The notes: generated by a model not told the origin, from the sequence alone. DNA of 64,000 nucleotides from Octopus vulgaris (GCA_951406725.2 OX597825.1:49290001-49354000), one strand, 5' to 3'. Numbered from the stretch's first letter, positions 41,929-56,209 are shown. Program-made: numbers and translations.

Positions 41929-44900
41929 TGCTACTACGACTGCCGCTGCTGCTGCTGACAATGATATTGCTGCTGGTACAACTAATGGGGCTGCTGATGC
42001 TAATGATGATGACTGAGGCCCCTCTATGAAGATTAGTGGTAATTTTTTTTTTTAATGAAAACTTAATAATAATTTAAATTTTCTTGAAAAGAAAATTTCT
42101 AACAGTACACCGAATCGCATGTCCAATGATTATACAGGAAGCGCGCCATATAATGGCAGAATCTCTTCCGCGAAAACGAACCTGGAAGGTCACTTAAACG
42201 GGATTTATCTCAAATTAAGCCCCCAAAGTTCACCACCACAACGACCAGAAAATCAAAAAAGTAAAAGAACTAAATGGAACCGGGAAGAATATAAAGAAGT
42301 AATATATGCTTATTACTTTGCATTAAGTAGGACAACCCAAGAAAAACACACAACAAACTCCTACAGAATTTGGAGGAGCCGGGTTCCAGCTAGCAGACCA
42401 AACCTGGATGAAAACAGATTAGCAAATGTTAGAAGAGATATCTGCAGAAATACCAGACTCACAGATGCAGAATTAACCTCTATTAAAAAAGAGGTAGAGA
42501 GTGACCTAAATTTAAGTCAGGAAAGAAATAACGAAGTTGAGGAGAGGAATTTTGGACCACAAGCATTGTCTGAAAGGCGACCATCTGCCGAAGCGAATCA
42601 AGATCCTGAAGAAAAAGTAAAGTATAATGACCGTAGAAAAAACAGCCCGGAAAATGATGTCGAAACAGAATTTGAAGACCACACGTTTGTTGAACAACAC
42701 AGAAAATCTATCATTGAAATGAAACAAGAAGTTCTGAATGAGCTTGCAGTTGTAGGCCATACAACTATGAATGATAGGGAACCACTCCAAAGACTCTCAA
42801 ATGCACACCCACATAAAACACAAATAAAAATTGGCAACTGCGTTAAACAAGATATCATACACCAACTGAAACCCGATCTTAATAAATTAAATCAAATTAT
42901 TAACTCTGTGGCTAAGGTAATCAAAAGACGATGCTTAACACCCAAAAAGCCAACAATACCAAATTCGAAAAGAAAATCAAACTGGAGGAGTAGAATTGAA
43001 ACTAAAATTGAATCATTGCGAAGGGAGATATCAATATTAACTGAGCTAATCTCTGGAAATGATGTAAGATCAAGAAAAGGCAGGAGGATTGTGAGAAAAT
43101 ATGGACACTCAACAATAGATGAACTAATGTCAGCGAAAGAAACACTTAAATAGAAAGTTCAAGCAAAAGCTCAGAGAATACGCAGATTTGAGAAAAGAAT
43201 CAAATTCTACAAACAAAATAAGATGTTCAAATCCAATGCCAAAACATTTTACAGGGAAATAGGGAAAGAAAAAAATAACCATTGAAAATCCACCCCTAAT
43301 GGGAGAAGTTGAAAAGTTTTGGAAGGGGATCTGGAGTGATGAGAAACCATACAATGAAACTGCAGAGTGGATCAAACGCACTCAAGATGACTACAAAAGT
43401 CTATAAGAACAGGTGTGGGAAAACATCTCAATCGCCGACATAAGGAGGGCACTAACGAAGGCTTATAAGTAGAAATCCCCTTGTATTGATAGAGTACCAA
43501 ATTTCTGGCTCTCATAACTCTCGTCCGAACACAAAATATTAGTAATACTATTTAATAGTATTATGACAGACTCGAAGATGGCAAATGGTATTACTTATCT
43601 CCTCCCCAAAAATAACAAAACGAAAGACCCAAAAATCTACCGGCCTATAACCTGATTATCTACTACCATAAGATTTGACGTCTATTCTAGTAGAGAAAAC
43701 ATACGTTTCACAATGAACAAAAAGAATGTAGACGAGGCTCATACGGATGCAAAGATCAGCTCCTAATTAATCGCATGATCCTTGAGAACTGCCGTAACAA
43801 GCGCAGAAATCTCAGCTCTTCATGGATTGATTATAAAAAAGCCTTTGACAGCATACCGCATTCGTGGATTTTGAAATCGTTGGCCATTTTCAAACTTTCT
43901 CCTGTGATTTCAGATTTTTTAAAGTATAATATGTCACTATGGAACACGAATCTCCAATTATATCATTTGAATGGAGTATTGCGCTCACAAAACATTAGCA
44001 TAAACTGTGGAATTTTCCAAGGTGACTCACTTTCACCACTAATTTTCTGCATAGCACTAATACTACTCTCAAGTGAACTGAATAGAATAGGATATGGCTA
44101 CAAAATTGACAACAGGAAAATAAGCCATCTACTTTATAAGGATGATTTAAAGCTATATGGTACAAATAACGAAGAGCTTGAAAGATTATTACATACCGTG
44201 AAAGGATTCAGTGATGATATCGGGATGGAGTTTGGCCTTGAAAAGTGTGCCAAAGCCATTTTTAAGAAAAGGGAAATTGGTAAAGTCTAGTTCAATGGAA
44301 TTAGATGTCGAAACAGTAACAAAGAAACTTGAGCAGGAACAGACCTATAAATACCTTGGAATAACTGAATGCTCTGGTATCCAGCATGCAAGCATGAAAG
44401 AGAAGGTTAGGAAGGAATGTTATAGAAGAGTACGAGCAGTCCTGAAGTCTGAGCTGAATGCATATAATAAGGTTTTAGCCATAAATTCCTTAGCAGTACC
44501 AGTTGTTCTTTATAGCTTCAACGTGCTTAACTGGAATACCATTGAAACAATGAAAATTGACAGAAAAATCCGCAAGCTACTGACTTGTAATAAGATGCAC
44601 CATCCAAAGGCAGACGTGGATCGCCTTTACCTTCCCAGAGCTCAGGGAGGCCGAGGTGTGATCCAGCTTGAACTTACATACAAAACCACCTCAATCGGAC
44701 TGGCCAAATACCTTGAAGCAACCAACGATTGGATGCTAAAACTTGTTTCAAAACATGAAAGACCTAAGAAACTTCACTCTATTGTCAAAGAGAGCAACAA
44801 ATTCGCTGCTGATCTCTTAGATACCCACCAGAAATGCGCCAACTGCAGCTGCAAAGAAAAGAAAATTAATTGCAAAGACAAAAGCACATGAAAAATTAGC

Positions 44901-45838
44901 TAGCAGATGGGGACAGAAACCTCTCTATGGCAAGTATGTGGCCCGTAGCAAACAAGCTGATGTTGACCAGAAACACGCGCACCGATGGTTACGAAGCTCA
45001 GGGCTAAAAGCAGAGAGTGAAGGTTTCATATTAGCTGCTCAAGACCAAAGCTTGTTAACCCGGAACTACCAAGCCAATGTGATAAAAAATGGAGCTGACC
45101 CAAAATGCCGATTCTGTAACGATGAGATTAAAAAAATATACCACCTAATCTCAGGGTGTAGAGTCTTAGCACCTGCAGAATATAAAGCAAGACATGACAG
45201 AGTCGGCCAGTATTTACATTGGACAATATGTCGGCATTATAAAATCAAAACCGCTGACAAATGGAATCAACACCATCCTGAAGCTGTGACTGAGGGAGAA
45301 AATGTGTCGATTCTACGGGACTTCCCCGTACAGACGGACAGGTCTATAAAAGCTAGTAAACCAGATATTGTTATAAAAGATCAGACAAAAAAGATGTGTT
45401 TATTAATTGACATGAGTATCCCTGCGATCACAATATAGCGGCGAAAGGATTTGACAAGATTAGTAAGTATAAAGACCTGCTAATAGAAATTGAAAAAATG
45501 TGGCATTTCAAGCCGACTACAGTACCAGTGATTGTAGGATCTCTAGGAATGATAAAAAAAGGTACTGAAAGCTATTTGAAAATGATTCCAGGCTTACCAT
45601 CCCTACAGGAAGTGCAAAAAATCGTATTAACTGGAACGGCTCATGTACTGAGAAGAGCATTATCGCTGTGAAAACAACATCCATCCATGAATTTATTTAG
45701 TTATTAATTTTTCAATACATATCTTGTCTGTGAATTTGCGTGTGTAATCTGGGAATGCATAAAATGAGCTTCTCTGCCCTAGGTGTATGGAAAACACTCG
45801 GCGAGAACCGGAAGAAAATTTGAAGAAAGGAAAAAACA
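41928..45838 (+). mobile_element. Near-full-length R4/Dong-like LINE, family B, copy 1 (inactive)
   Basis: N-terminal RTKWNREEYKEVIYAYY (Myb-like); RT WIDYKKAFDSIPHSW, GIFQGDSLSPL, LYKDDLKL (YMDD mutated); CRFC...HLISGC, RHD, KPDIVIKD..LIDMS, KYKDL. Many stops and frameshifts; (TAA)n on both sides. Confidence 0.95.
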
Positions 45839-45843
45839 TAATG

Positions 45844-45908
<65 letters not shown>

Positions 45909-45910
45909 CA

Positions 45911-46439
45911 TACCCTGATGCAGTGGCTCTCGTGGCTTCTGGTTTTAACTGATTGGAAGTCTTATAATGTACATTGTTTTGTCTTGCTATAAAAGATGGC
46001 TACAGCAAATATTCTGCTCAATACTACAGATTTGCTTCTCAGTTGTTTGACATGTCTCTTAGTGGCTGCCGATATGTGCACCTCTGATCACGAGTAGAAA
46101 AGGCGGGGCAGCATATTAGGCATGTGCTTTGAGGGATTTTTTGTGGTTTGAATAATTCACCTCTGGAAACATAGGTGTTTTGTTAAACATCCTTAAACAA
46201 CCCTTATTCAGGGGCTTTTTGAGTAAGATGGGTTACTCGACCAGAGAAGAATTCTAACTGGGCCCCATCTGCAAGGTCATGTGCTGTTTATCTTGATATG
46301 AGATCACTATGTCACGCACATATGGTTGTGATGCATATTCTTAGTGTACCCTTATCAGGCGAGTAGTCATCATTGGTATAATGGACTTTGTATATTTTAC
46401 CCCACTGTCACTTTGATGGCATGCACTGCTATCTCACTC
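45911..46439 (+). mobile_element. ~530-bp (TAA)n-associated non-coding retroelement, copy 2
   Basis: ccctgatgcagtggctctc...gcactgctatctcactc between (TAA)n arrays. Confidence 0.85.
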
Positions 46440-46524
46440 AATAATAATAATAATGATAATAATAATAATAATAATAATAAAAATAATAATAATAATAATG
46501 ATTATCATAATAATACTAATAATG

Positions 46525-46589
<65 letters not shown>

Positions 46590-46590
46590 T

Positions 46591-46655
<65 letters not shown>

Positions 46656-46658
<3 letters not shown>

Positions 46659-47139
46659 TGATTGGAAGTGTTATCATGTACATTGTTCAGTAAATATTCT
46701 GCTCAATACCACAGATTTGCTTGTCAGTTGTTTGACCTTAACCAGTTGAGCATGTCCCTTAGTGGCTGACGATATGTGCATATCTGATCACGAGCAGAAG
46801 TAGTGGGGGAGCATCATAGCCATGTGTTGAGAGGGATTCTTTGGGGTTTGAATAATTCACCTGTGGAGACATGGGTGGGTTTTTCAACATCCTTAAACAA
46901 CCCTTATTCAGGGACCTTTTGAGCGGGATGGGCTACTCAACCTGAAGAAAATTCTAACTGGGCCCCTCCTGCAAGGTCATGTGCAGTTTATCTTGATATG
47001 AGATCACCATGCCGCGCACATATGGTTGTGATGCATGTGCCTGGTGTGCCCTTATCAGACGGGTAGTCATGATGGGTATATTGGGCTTCGTATATTTTAC
47101 CCCACTGTCACTTTGATGGCATGAACTGCTCTCTCACTC
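46656..47139 (+). mobile_element. (TAA)n-associated element, copy 3 (5'-truncated)
   Basis: Same 3' end ctctctcactc-(AAT)n. Confidence 0.85.
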
Positions 47140-47216
<77 letters not shown>

Positions 47217-47420
47217 TAATAATTACTGTGAATACATTGACAGGCAAGCCTTAGACTGAAGGTGCCCATATGACTATATATAAAGCAAAGCTGCCATATT
47301 TCATATGTAAATGCGATGAATTTCAGAAACCGCTTGTGTGCATTATGAAATCATAAGAGCGTCTACATTAGCATAATGACTCTCTTCAGACACAACAATT
47401 GCATATATATATATAACATA

Positions 47421-47819
47421 TATATAAGAATGTTATGCGTAATGTGATGAAAAAACCCAAGGCTGTGTAGATATTAGAACATATATAGATAGAAGGTTTT
47501 ACAGCTGTTTCCAGGATATTTATTAATTTTATCCCTTATTCGGAGAGGGTGTGAGAGAGTTGTTAAGTCATAGTTAGTTTAGATATACAAAATAGAGAGT
47601 GAGATGGAGGAAAGAAAATAGATGCTAGATATGTGGCTCTACCTCAATCTCTATTTTGTATCACTACCTATGACTTAACTATCCTCTCACACCTACTCCG
47701 ATGAAGGGATATAATTAATAAATATCCTGGAAACAGCTGTAAGACATTCTATCTATAAATGTTTTAATATCTACACAGCCTTTGTCTTTTTATCTGATTA
47801 CGCAAAAGATTCTTATATA
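47421..47819. repeat. Inverted pair of Penelope-type pseudo-LTRs (~190-bp arms) with hammerhead variant
   Basis: 47421-47610 approximates the reverse complement of 47637-47819. The right arm has CCGATGA-agggata...tatcctg-GAAAC-agct-GTA. Confidence 0.8.
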
Positions 47820-47999
47820 CACATGCTGATATAGAACCAACGTTGAAGCCCTTATTCGCAAAATTTACCAAATCTGGAACTTAATTATGGTCTGTCTATA
47901 TCACTTATTCAGCATTACCTGACAAGTTTGGGTCTCAATGACACCATTACCTCAACTATATATATGTATCTATATGTATATATATATATATATATAAAT

Positions 48000-49693
48000 T
48001 CGGGGTGAGTACTTGATAATTATAAGCACCTGTGTATACCGTTTGGTGGTGTAGGTGGTGGAGTAAATTGATCAAAATAAAAATAAAAACATGAGGCGAA
48101 GGATTCAGCGGTACATATGTTTCGGGCCTTTATTAGACAGATTTATAACAAAGTATAATGTATGTCTGTGGCCTTCTTCAGCCGCGCACAACAGCTTCCA
48201 CAAGGACATGTGTTACATCAAAAATTCTTGGTTGGGGATGCAAATCCTCTCGTTCACGTACGACATAATGCGGCAGCAGCATAGAATTGAAGCGACTATC
48301 TCTTTCTTCTCTCAATGTAGAATGAGGAAACTTGGATGTTGAGGTAAGTAAATAAATAAATACGTATATAGAGGTGAAGATGGAGGGGCGAGAGTTCGGG
48401 ACGAGGGATAAAAAATATATATAAAAAATGTACGTATAGAATAATATAAAAATGTAGAGGATAAAGATATAAAGAGTTGTAAGGAGATGTAAAGGGGGTA
48501 TAAAGAAATATAAATAAATGTAAAGGCATAAGGTTGTAAAGTGTAAAAATAGAAATGGAAATAATAGTAAAAGAAGTAAAAGAACCTGATAAAAACATGA
48601 TAAAAGTGTAAAAGAATGTAAAGATAAGGGATGTATAGAGGTCGCGGACCAAGCATGGTGGTCAGGAGATTGATAAAACTTAGTTGTAGAACTGTCAGTA
48701 AATTAACAGTTTCGTCGTAAATCAGAGCTGTTGAGAATTTAATCTGGTTCCTTGAATTAAATGGACTTCCAGTACATACATATCATCATGGATACATACA
48801 CCCACATACACGCGTACATATACGTCTCCAAGCCTATAAGCATACACACGCGCTCGCGCGTAAACACGTACATAAACACACACGCACCCACACGCACGCG
48901 CGCACACACACATACATACAACAGAATATCCGCATATATAGACGGACATTACGCGCGTACACGCTCACATGTATATACGCGCGCCCCTCACTACACACAC
49001 ACACACGTATATGCCCACGCCTCTAGGTCTAGGTATAAGATATTAAAGGATGTGTATAAGAACGTATGTAAAGAATCCCGTACTCATGTTAACACGCGCA
49101 CGCACACACGGCTGTGTGTCCGTATGTGCGTGCACATATACACTCATATACACACACAGAGACACACGCGCACATGGGTATAGCCATAAGATATCGAAGT
49201 ATGCATGTACATATACGCGCGTGCATATGTATGTATGCGCATACACACGTACGCGGACGCTCGCATACTCAAAAGGCGGATCCATAGGTAAGTAAATAAA
49301 CATATATAGAGGTGTAAAGCGATAAATTAGGGGTAAGAATGAGGGTAAGGGTAAAGATTAGAAATAAAAAATACAGTATAAAATAAGAAATACAATGTAA
49401 TAGTTAGAAATGAAATATAAGAATTATAAGGGTTATAAGAGTTAAGGTAAGGGATGAAAATGAAAATGAGAGTAAATGGAAGTAGAATAAAAGTAAAAAT
49501 AAAATTAAAAATAAAAATAAATGGAAGTAGGATAAAAGTAAAAATAAAAATAAAAATAAAAATAAAATAAAATAAAATAAAAAAATAAGGTAAAAATATA
49601 ATTTTGTAAAGTTTAACATGAGATGGAGGTGGCACACATATATATATATATATATATGTATATGTACACATACGTACACGTATGTGCACATAC

Positions 49694-49731
<38 letters not shown>

Positions 49732-49935
49732 ACGCACATATAGGAAAGCGGGGTGTGCTGGAGCCGACAGGTTGCACCGGGTGGGAGGAAATAGCATGGG
49801 GGAGTTGGTATAAGACCTAAGCATTGTAGTATTTGAAAGTATTAATAAGTTTATGTATACAGGATGGTTTGAACTCTGACCTTTTGTTAATAAGATTGTG
49901 TTTGTCTTTGAATTTCAAGATGTTCAGGAGTTCTA
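48000..49935 (-). mobile_element. Penelope-like 3' fragment: last GIY-YIG codons, long microsatellite-rich 3' region, pseudo-LTR
   Basis: ELLNILKFKDKHNLINKRSEFKPSCIHK (the PLE C-terminal LNKRSE...C.H motif) at ~49820-49932; hammerhead at 48108-48185; (TA)n on both flanks. Confidence 0.75.
48108..48185 (-). ncRNA. Type I hammerhead ribozyme
   Basis: Minus strand gcgg-CTGAAGA-aggccacagaca...tgtctaataaaggccc-GAAAC-atat-GTA-ccgc; palindromic stem III ACATATGT. Confidence 0.85.
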
Positions 49936-49989
49936 TATATATATATATATATATATACACGTATACATATAAATGGCGAAAGTAATCAT

Positions 49990-51200
49990 TACAGTTCTGT
50001 AAAAAATATGTTTCGGTTTAAAATATCTCTAAAAGAATTTCCAATCTATCGTCTAATATGCTGAATTGCATAATGTGACACTCAGCAAAGCTGGATATAA
50101 ACGAATGTTGAAGTATTATCCTAAAAATATGAACATCGGAATCTTTAGCAACATTGATTTTTATCATGTTAGTAAAGATTTCAAACAAAGTTCCAGTAAC
50201 GGGAGACAGGGTAAGGTTAAATGAGAAAAATGATATACAAACTACAACATCCAGTGTCTTACTTCGTTCTGCTAATTATCCTCATACGGTTAGGAATATG
50301 AGTTTTAGAGTAAAAAAACAACTTTCTTATATATTCAATAAGGTTCGAAAAATTTAAAATTATAATGCATCTCCTGATAAGAACGACATTATTTGGTTCA
50401 TAATTCCATTCGCTAAATCAAGACTAATTTTCTCTGAGCATTATACAAGCTTTTTTATATACACTTTGCAAAGTAAAATAGATATTAATGATATTATTAA
50501 ACCTAGACTTCTTAAAGTTGCCTTTTCTCTGTCAGATAATTTGTCCCGGGTTATTTCATCAATTAACGACAAAAAGTGTATAATATTCATGATAATTATA
50601 ACCGTAGTAAATGAACCAAGGGTAATGCTCTTAGAATAAATGTTAATAAGTAATGTATACTTGAGTCGTCTAGTATACAACGGGAAACAGCCCAAATTAA
50701 ATACCATCTCAACCTCTTGAATATAAGTAATATAGCAAATAGCAATCATACTGAAGGTAATGATATAAAACAGAATATTAATACGAGTAGTAATGAAGAT
50801 TTATTTTGTGATTGCAAGGCTAGAAATAAATGTTTATTTAAAAATTATTGTAACAAAAAAAATATTGTTTACAAATGTAAGGTAAAATCTGAAGGGAAGA
50901 ATTTCTTTTAAGTAGGAGCAACGCAAAATTTTATCAAGAGACTAATACCTAACCATATATCTATCTTTAACAATAGGAAAAGTCTTCTAGTACCTAGCAT
51001 CAATAAATTTATTTGGGACAATGTTCTTTTCTGGGAAGACGGAAATTATAAGTAAGGCTACAGTTTATAAGATTGGAAATTATACTTTTCTGTCTTGAAG
51101 AATTGTATCAAATTCTATTTTCCAGGTGGTTCTTCTTAAATATGAGTATGGTCTCTCAGTTCCTACCATTAGATATTTGAAACAATGAATTATATGTTAA
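49990..51200 (+). mobile_element. Degenerate Penelope-like fragment
   Basis: DIIWFIIPFAKS; CDCKARNKCLFKNYCNKKNIVYKCKV...F*VGATQNFIKR..NH (GIY-YIG). Confidence 0.8.
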
Positions 51201-51569
51201 AGCTACTCGTAGTTTGAATCGGTCGGTATTTCGGGTCCAGTACATCTATAACTGTAAAGAATTAAAGCATTCTTAGTAGATATATTAATATTAAAATATT
51301 ATATTAAATATTAATATTAAAATATTAATACTGCAAATTATATACAAGTAGGTAACTGATTTTTCATGATTATTGGTATTCAAAAACCTACCATCGGATT
51401 TGATAGAATTGAATTAATTTGAAATGGAAACGGCTGTAGGAATAGGAATTCCATACATTAATTTGAATATCTTTGTATAAATTGATGTCTATACGTAAAT
51501 TTCAACATTTTCTTCTTTTTTCACACACACACAAACACACACACGCACACACACACACACACACATAGA

Positions 51570-51972
51570 TATATATATATAAGACATGATGTGTGTGTGT
51601 GTGTGTGTACGTGAATATAAATTATGCACGTCCACAAATTAGCAAGCATGTCACTCAAATTTTACGAGGACATTCCTCTCGACCCTAGCAGTATTTTCGT
51701 CAAATTATTTTCCCCCGAGGCAGCAGCAAATAACGGTAAAAATAATTTTTAGCCATATCTTTTAAGCATTTTTCAAGTCGGGGACATACGCCATTTGCAA
51801 ATATGAGATAAGTCTCTTTCTAGCGACGGTGTAAAGAGAGGGGGAGAGAGAGAGAAAAGATTTTAAAAGTTTCCTCCTTTTAATGAGTGGTTGATAGGCG
51901 AAATATCAGCTATTATTTTGTAAACAACGTTTCGAAAATAGGTGTATGTACGTATGTGTTTGTGAGTGTTTA

Positions 51973-52004
<32 letters not shown>

Positions 52005-52845
52005 TGTGTGTGTGTGTGTTGCCCGAGACACACTCCTTGGCAAACGATCAGCTGTTATTTTGTAAACAATGTTTCGAAAATAGGTGTATGTACGTATATG
52101 TTTGTGTGTGTGTGTGATACCCATATATATATACTTAGTTGTGATCTGAACATAGCCGCTTCTCACACAGGGGATTGGGGGCCCTTTTGGGCGTTCTATT
52201 TTCTTTGCTGGAAGGGTTCCCAACCCATGGGAAAAGGGGGGTTACATGATGGGGTGGTGTTTTCAAAAGGGTTGGCATATGCAACCTGATCACCTCTACC
52301 GATCAAATTCCCAATCCATGCGCTCACGACGTGACACTGATTCTGCAGAACTGGGTTGGGTATGAAAACCAACTTTAAAGTATAAATATTGATGTTTTTG
52401 AATCAGCAATGTTGTTGTGTGCGTATAAGTCCTATTTGGAGTGAAAAATCAATAAAGTGATTCCTTATGAGGTTTTCTATTTAATCAGGCTAAAAATAAA
52501 ATCGACAAACCGATTCCTTATAGGACTTCCCACTAAAATTGGCTACACTCCATTTTCAACCATAACGTCTACCAATTTTGATGTACTTTGTTCAAACTTT
52601 ATGCCAGCATTACTTAGGACTCCTGAGATCTTTGAATGCCTTATGTTCTCCAAAACCGAAAAAAAAATCGATGAGTGTAAAACATCGATAAACCGATTCC
52701 TTATGGTATCTCCCAATCAAATTGTCAGCAACTCATTTTCAGCCAAAATTTGACGTCGATGTTACTTAGTTTGGTTTGAAATAAAGAGATTGATTAGCTT
52801 AATAATCCTAACTTAATCCCGAGCAAAGCCGGGCTATGCTGCTAG
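51570..52845 (+). mobile_element. Non-autonomous Helitron (~1.3 kb; 5' end uncertain)
   Basis: 3' hairpin cccgagcaaagccggg + tgCTAG|T, nearly the same as the 24147 terminus; internal ~60-bp duplication (51904/52047). Confidence 0.65.
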
Positions 52846-53442
52846 TATACATATATATATATGATTTGCTCCGTATATTTTAATATATGTGTGTGTGTAA
52901 ATATTTGTATACATTTGTATTTATAGGCATGCGTCTGTATGGGTGTTTACGTCTATTTTCATTTATGTACGTTCGGTATACCTTACTGATGAAGGTAAAG
53001 TCATTATTAGTAAGCTGTATTGTTTTTAGTAAAACTTTATTGTCCATTTTTCTCGCTTTCAACCTGTGTAAATGGAGTGAAATTTGAAGTGGTATAGAGT
53101 TATTTGGCGTCCACTTCTAGCATATAGGCGCTGTGCCTTCATTGCCCTGTATCATAATTATAGCTACATAATTATATATTTATATACTGGTTTTACTTAT
53201 AAGTTTTTTTTTTGATTTGCTGGGTACTTATAAAATCATTAATTCTCACGCATACACACACAAGGACACGCATACACACATACACACACACACACACACA
53301 CAAACATACACACATACTTATACACATACTTATATATGTATGTATGTGTATGTGTGTAAGTGTGGGAATGCGTGTGTGTATCTATGTATATTCGTATATA
53401 TAACAATTCAGAGTAGCATCGAAATTTCAGTTATTTAAGCAT

Positions 53443-53481
53443 GCCCGACGATAGCTCAAGTGGCCGAAACTTCGAAGTCGC
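53443..53481 (+). ncRNA. Variant minimal hammerhead-like motif in pseudo-LTR remnant
   Basis: gc-CCGACGA-tagctcaagtggcc-GAAAC-ttcgaa-GTC-gc; core has U4C and stem II is weak. Confidence 0.5.
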
Positions 53482-53599
53482 TCTTAAAGATAATCTTATT
53501 TTAACACAATAGATTTGTACTCTAGAATAGAGTATAATATAATACTTTTTACTCTAGGTGAACATAAAAACAAACATAACAACATAACATACTTGCATA

Positions 53600-55050
53600 T
53601 AGAATATTAAGGTCTCCAGGGGATCAGGTACTTAACTGATAAGCACTAGTTAGGGTCGAAATTAGAGGGAAAAAGGTGTAGTGGTATTAGCATACTACTT
53701 GTTATTCAAATTATAGAGTTCAGTGGGTAAATTATCTAATATATATCACACAATAAAGAGAGGAGAGTAGGATATATCTGATTAGTATCGTTTATAAGTT
53801 ATCGTTTATAAGTATTGATTTATAGGTACCTGAAGGTAAATAGTTATGTCAAATGTATAGGACACAATTATATATGATTAGATCTGATGGGATAAAATGA
53901 TTACTCCTTCGTAGGTTAATAGGGTTACATGATGAGTTCCTTCAGTATCACATACACCACCTATAATAGAATCTAGTTATATAGATTGATTAGTGGTAGA
54001 GACTAGGAGAATAAGAAAAATCTTGCTAGATGACCATGCCAGTCTTTAGGCTGTACAGACTTATATATATAAAAGCAGTAAGACTAAGACTGTTCTACAT
54101 TGGCTAAAACCTAATTTGAGAGGTTAGTTAATACCTTTAAGATGTTTAAAAGTACGGGTTACTTTATGAATGCATGAAAGACGAAGGTCCAGTTTATAAT
54201 TAATCAAAATTTCATTATTCTCATGCTTTATTTCCATACAGCATGGTGTGCACTCATATTTGCTGTTGAAGTATGGTTTTGCCACCCTCATTATATCCAA
54301 TGTAATAATGAATTCGATATTATCGTCTTTGAGTTCCCAAAACATCGTGGCTAATGATGCTCTGCTATCTCTATGTCATAGTTTAAAGAATGACATATGG
54401 TGATGTACCCTGTTTTTCATATCTCCGGAGCAACATTTATAAACATAAATATTATCCTCTGTCATCATAGTACACATGTATACAACATCTTCAGCTGTAT
54501 AGTGACCCGAAAGCGGACGGAAATTTTTATCCAAACAATTCCATATATTGTTGGCCATGACGTAATTGATTTACGAGTAATACTTCCTATACTATTTTGC
54601 CTTAAGGGATTATCACAGCGGGTGCTAACAGTGTTCATATAGTTACGGCCAGAAGCAATTTTAACACATGTAATGTCGTTATTATTCTTTGTTATATTCA
54701 TGTTAGTAGATGGTGAGTATGCGTAGGCTCAGAAGGGATTATACAATCAGAGTCTATCAGCAATGGATCAGGAATAGATAGGGGTTTATTGGGGCATAAT
54801 TCTAAGCCAGCTATGCGTAGTTCATGAACATGCTTACTGCCAAGACAATTGCTACTACTATCATTTGTAGCTAGCCCGGTCCCATTGATGTTTTTAGCTT
54901 CAACAGCATTAAGGGGATTATATTTACTGGGGATATTGATATTTTAGTCTTAGTATTACTTATGACAATGTGGTTATTATGATTAATGTTACGAGGCGGG
55001 TTTATGTTTTTCCTGTTCAGGCCAGCTATAATCGTGTCTAGAATAGAGAG
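53600..55050 (-). mobile_element. Degenerate Penelope-like fragment (GIY-YIG + linker)
   Basis: DVVYMCTMMTEDNIYVY..SGDMKNRVHHHMSFF..SLATMFWELKD..AKPYFNSKYECTPC..CIHK. Confidence 0.8.
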
Positions 55051-55202
55051 GATAGAACAGGAAACTCTAACGGGAAAATATATAGTAATATTTGTGCAAT
55101 GGGGTGGAGGTCTTATCTAATTTGCTAAAAAAACTTAATTATACTAATTACTGCTTATTACGTAATAAAATGGCAGATTATACCATATATGCACACATAT
55201 AT

Positions 55203-55360
55203 ACAACGGGATTCTTTCAGTTTCCGTCTACCAAATCCTCTCAAAAGGCTTTGGTCAACCTGAGGCTATGGTAGAAGACACTTGTCAAAGGTAACACGCA
55301 GTAGGGATGAATCCAAAACTATGTGATCGGGAAGCAAATTACTACACAATAACGCCTGCA
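55203..55360 (-). mobile_element. tRNA-SINE 5' half with CORE-like segment
   Basis: Minus strand gcaggcgttattgtgtagt..ggattcatcccta..cctttgacaagtgtcttctaccatagcctc..ggtagacggaaactgaaagaa. Confidence 0.6.
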
Positions 55361-56083
55361 CTTATTCTGTTGGGATTTATGAAAATAAAAAGACATAAAA
55401 TGATTCCTCAAACAATATGGCTATTTCTTGATATGGAGTCACATTTATTTACATTTTGATTTAATTTGAAATCTTTTAAGCTTGCCCCTATTACTGATTT
55501 TACACTTCTTTCAGAATCTCTATAATATTGAAAGGAAAAGTTGACCTAAGTGGAAGTGAAAATGCGACAGCTATATGATATAAAACTAAATGTTGCAAAA
55601 TACTTTTTCATGATACACCACTGATTCTGGCAATTCAGAGATATTGCTAGGGCCAATAAGCTAGAAGTTCCAAAACATTGGTAAAGTTATATGTCATTAA
55701 AATACGGAGAAAACAAATTACAGATGTCATGTATTCACATGACTGAAAAAATAACTTTACTGTGTAAAGAACATAAAAATATCGAGTTGATTCAATAAAT
55801 TGATTACTTCAAAGAGACTCTAACTCTCTCTTTCTCTTTCAATATCCTTTCATTTTTCTCTCCTCCCTCCCCCCCTCTCTCTTGCTTTGTCATAAAACAG
55901 AAAAAATTCATGCCGACACCAATAATATGCTTGCCTGAGAAGTAGTTAACCAAGCTTGGTACCACAAAGGAAAATTCGTTGGAAATAGAAAAGTAAAATA
56001 ATAGTAAAAAAACATTGTAATAAGGATGTGTTGTTAATTGTAAAAGGCACAATAAGGATGAAAAACAATAACAGAAATACTAT

Positions 56084-56148
<65 letters not shown>

Positions 56149-56209
56149 ACAACAAAAGAAATAATAATAGTAATAGTAGAAATAATATTAACAACAACAA
56201 TAATAATTC

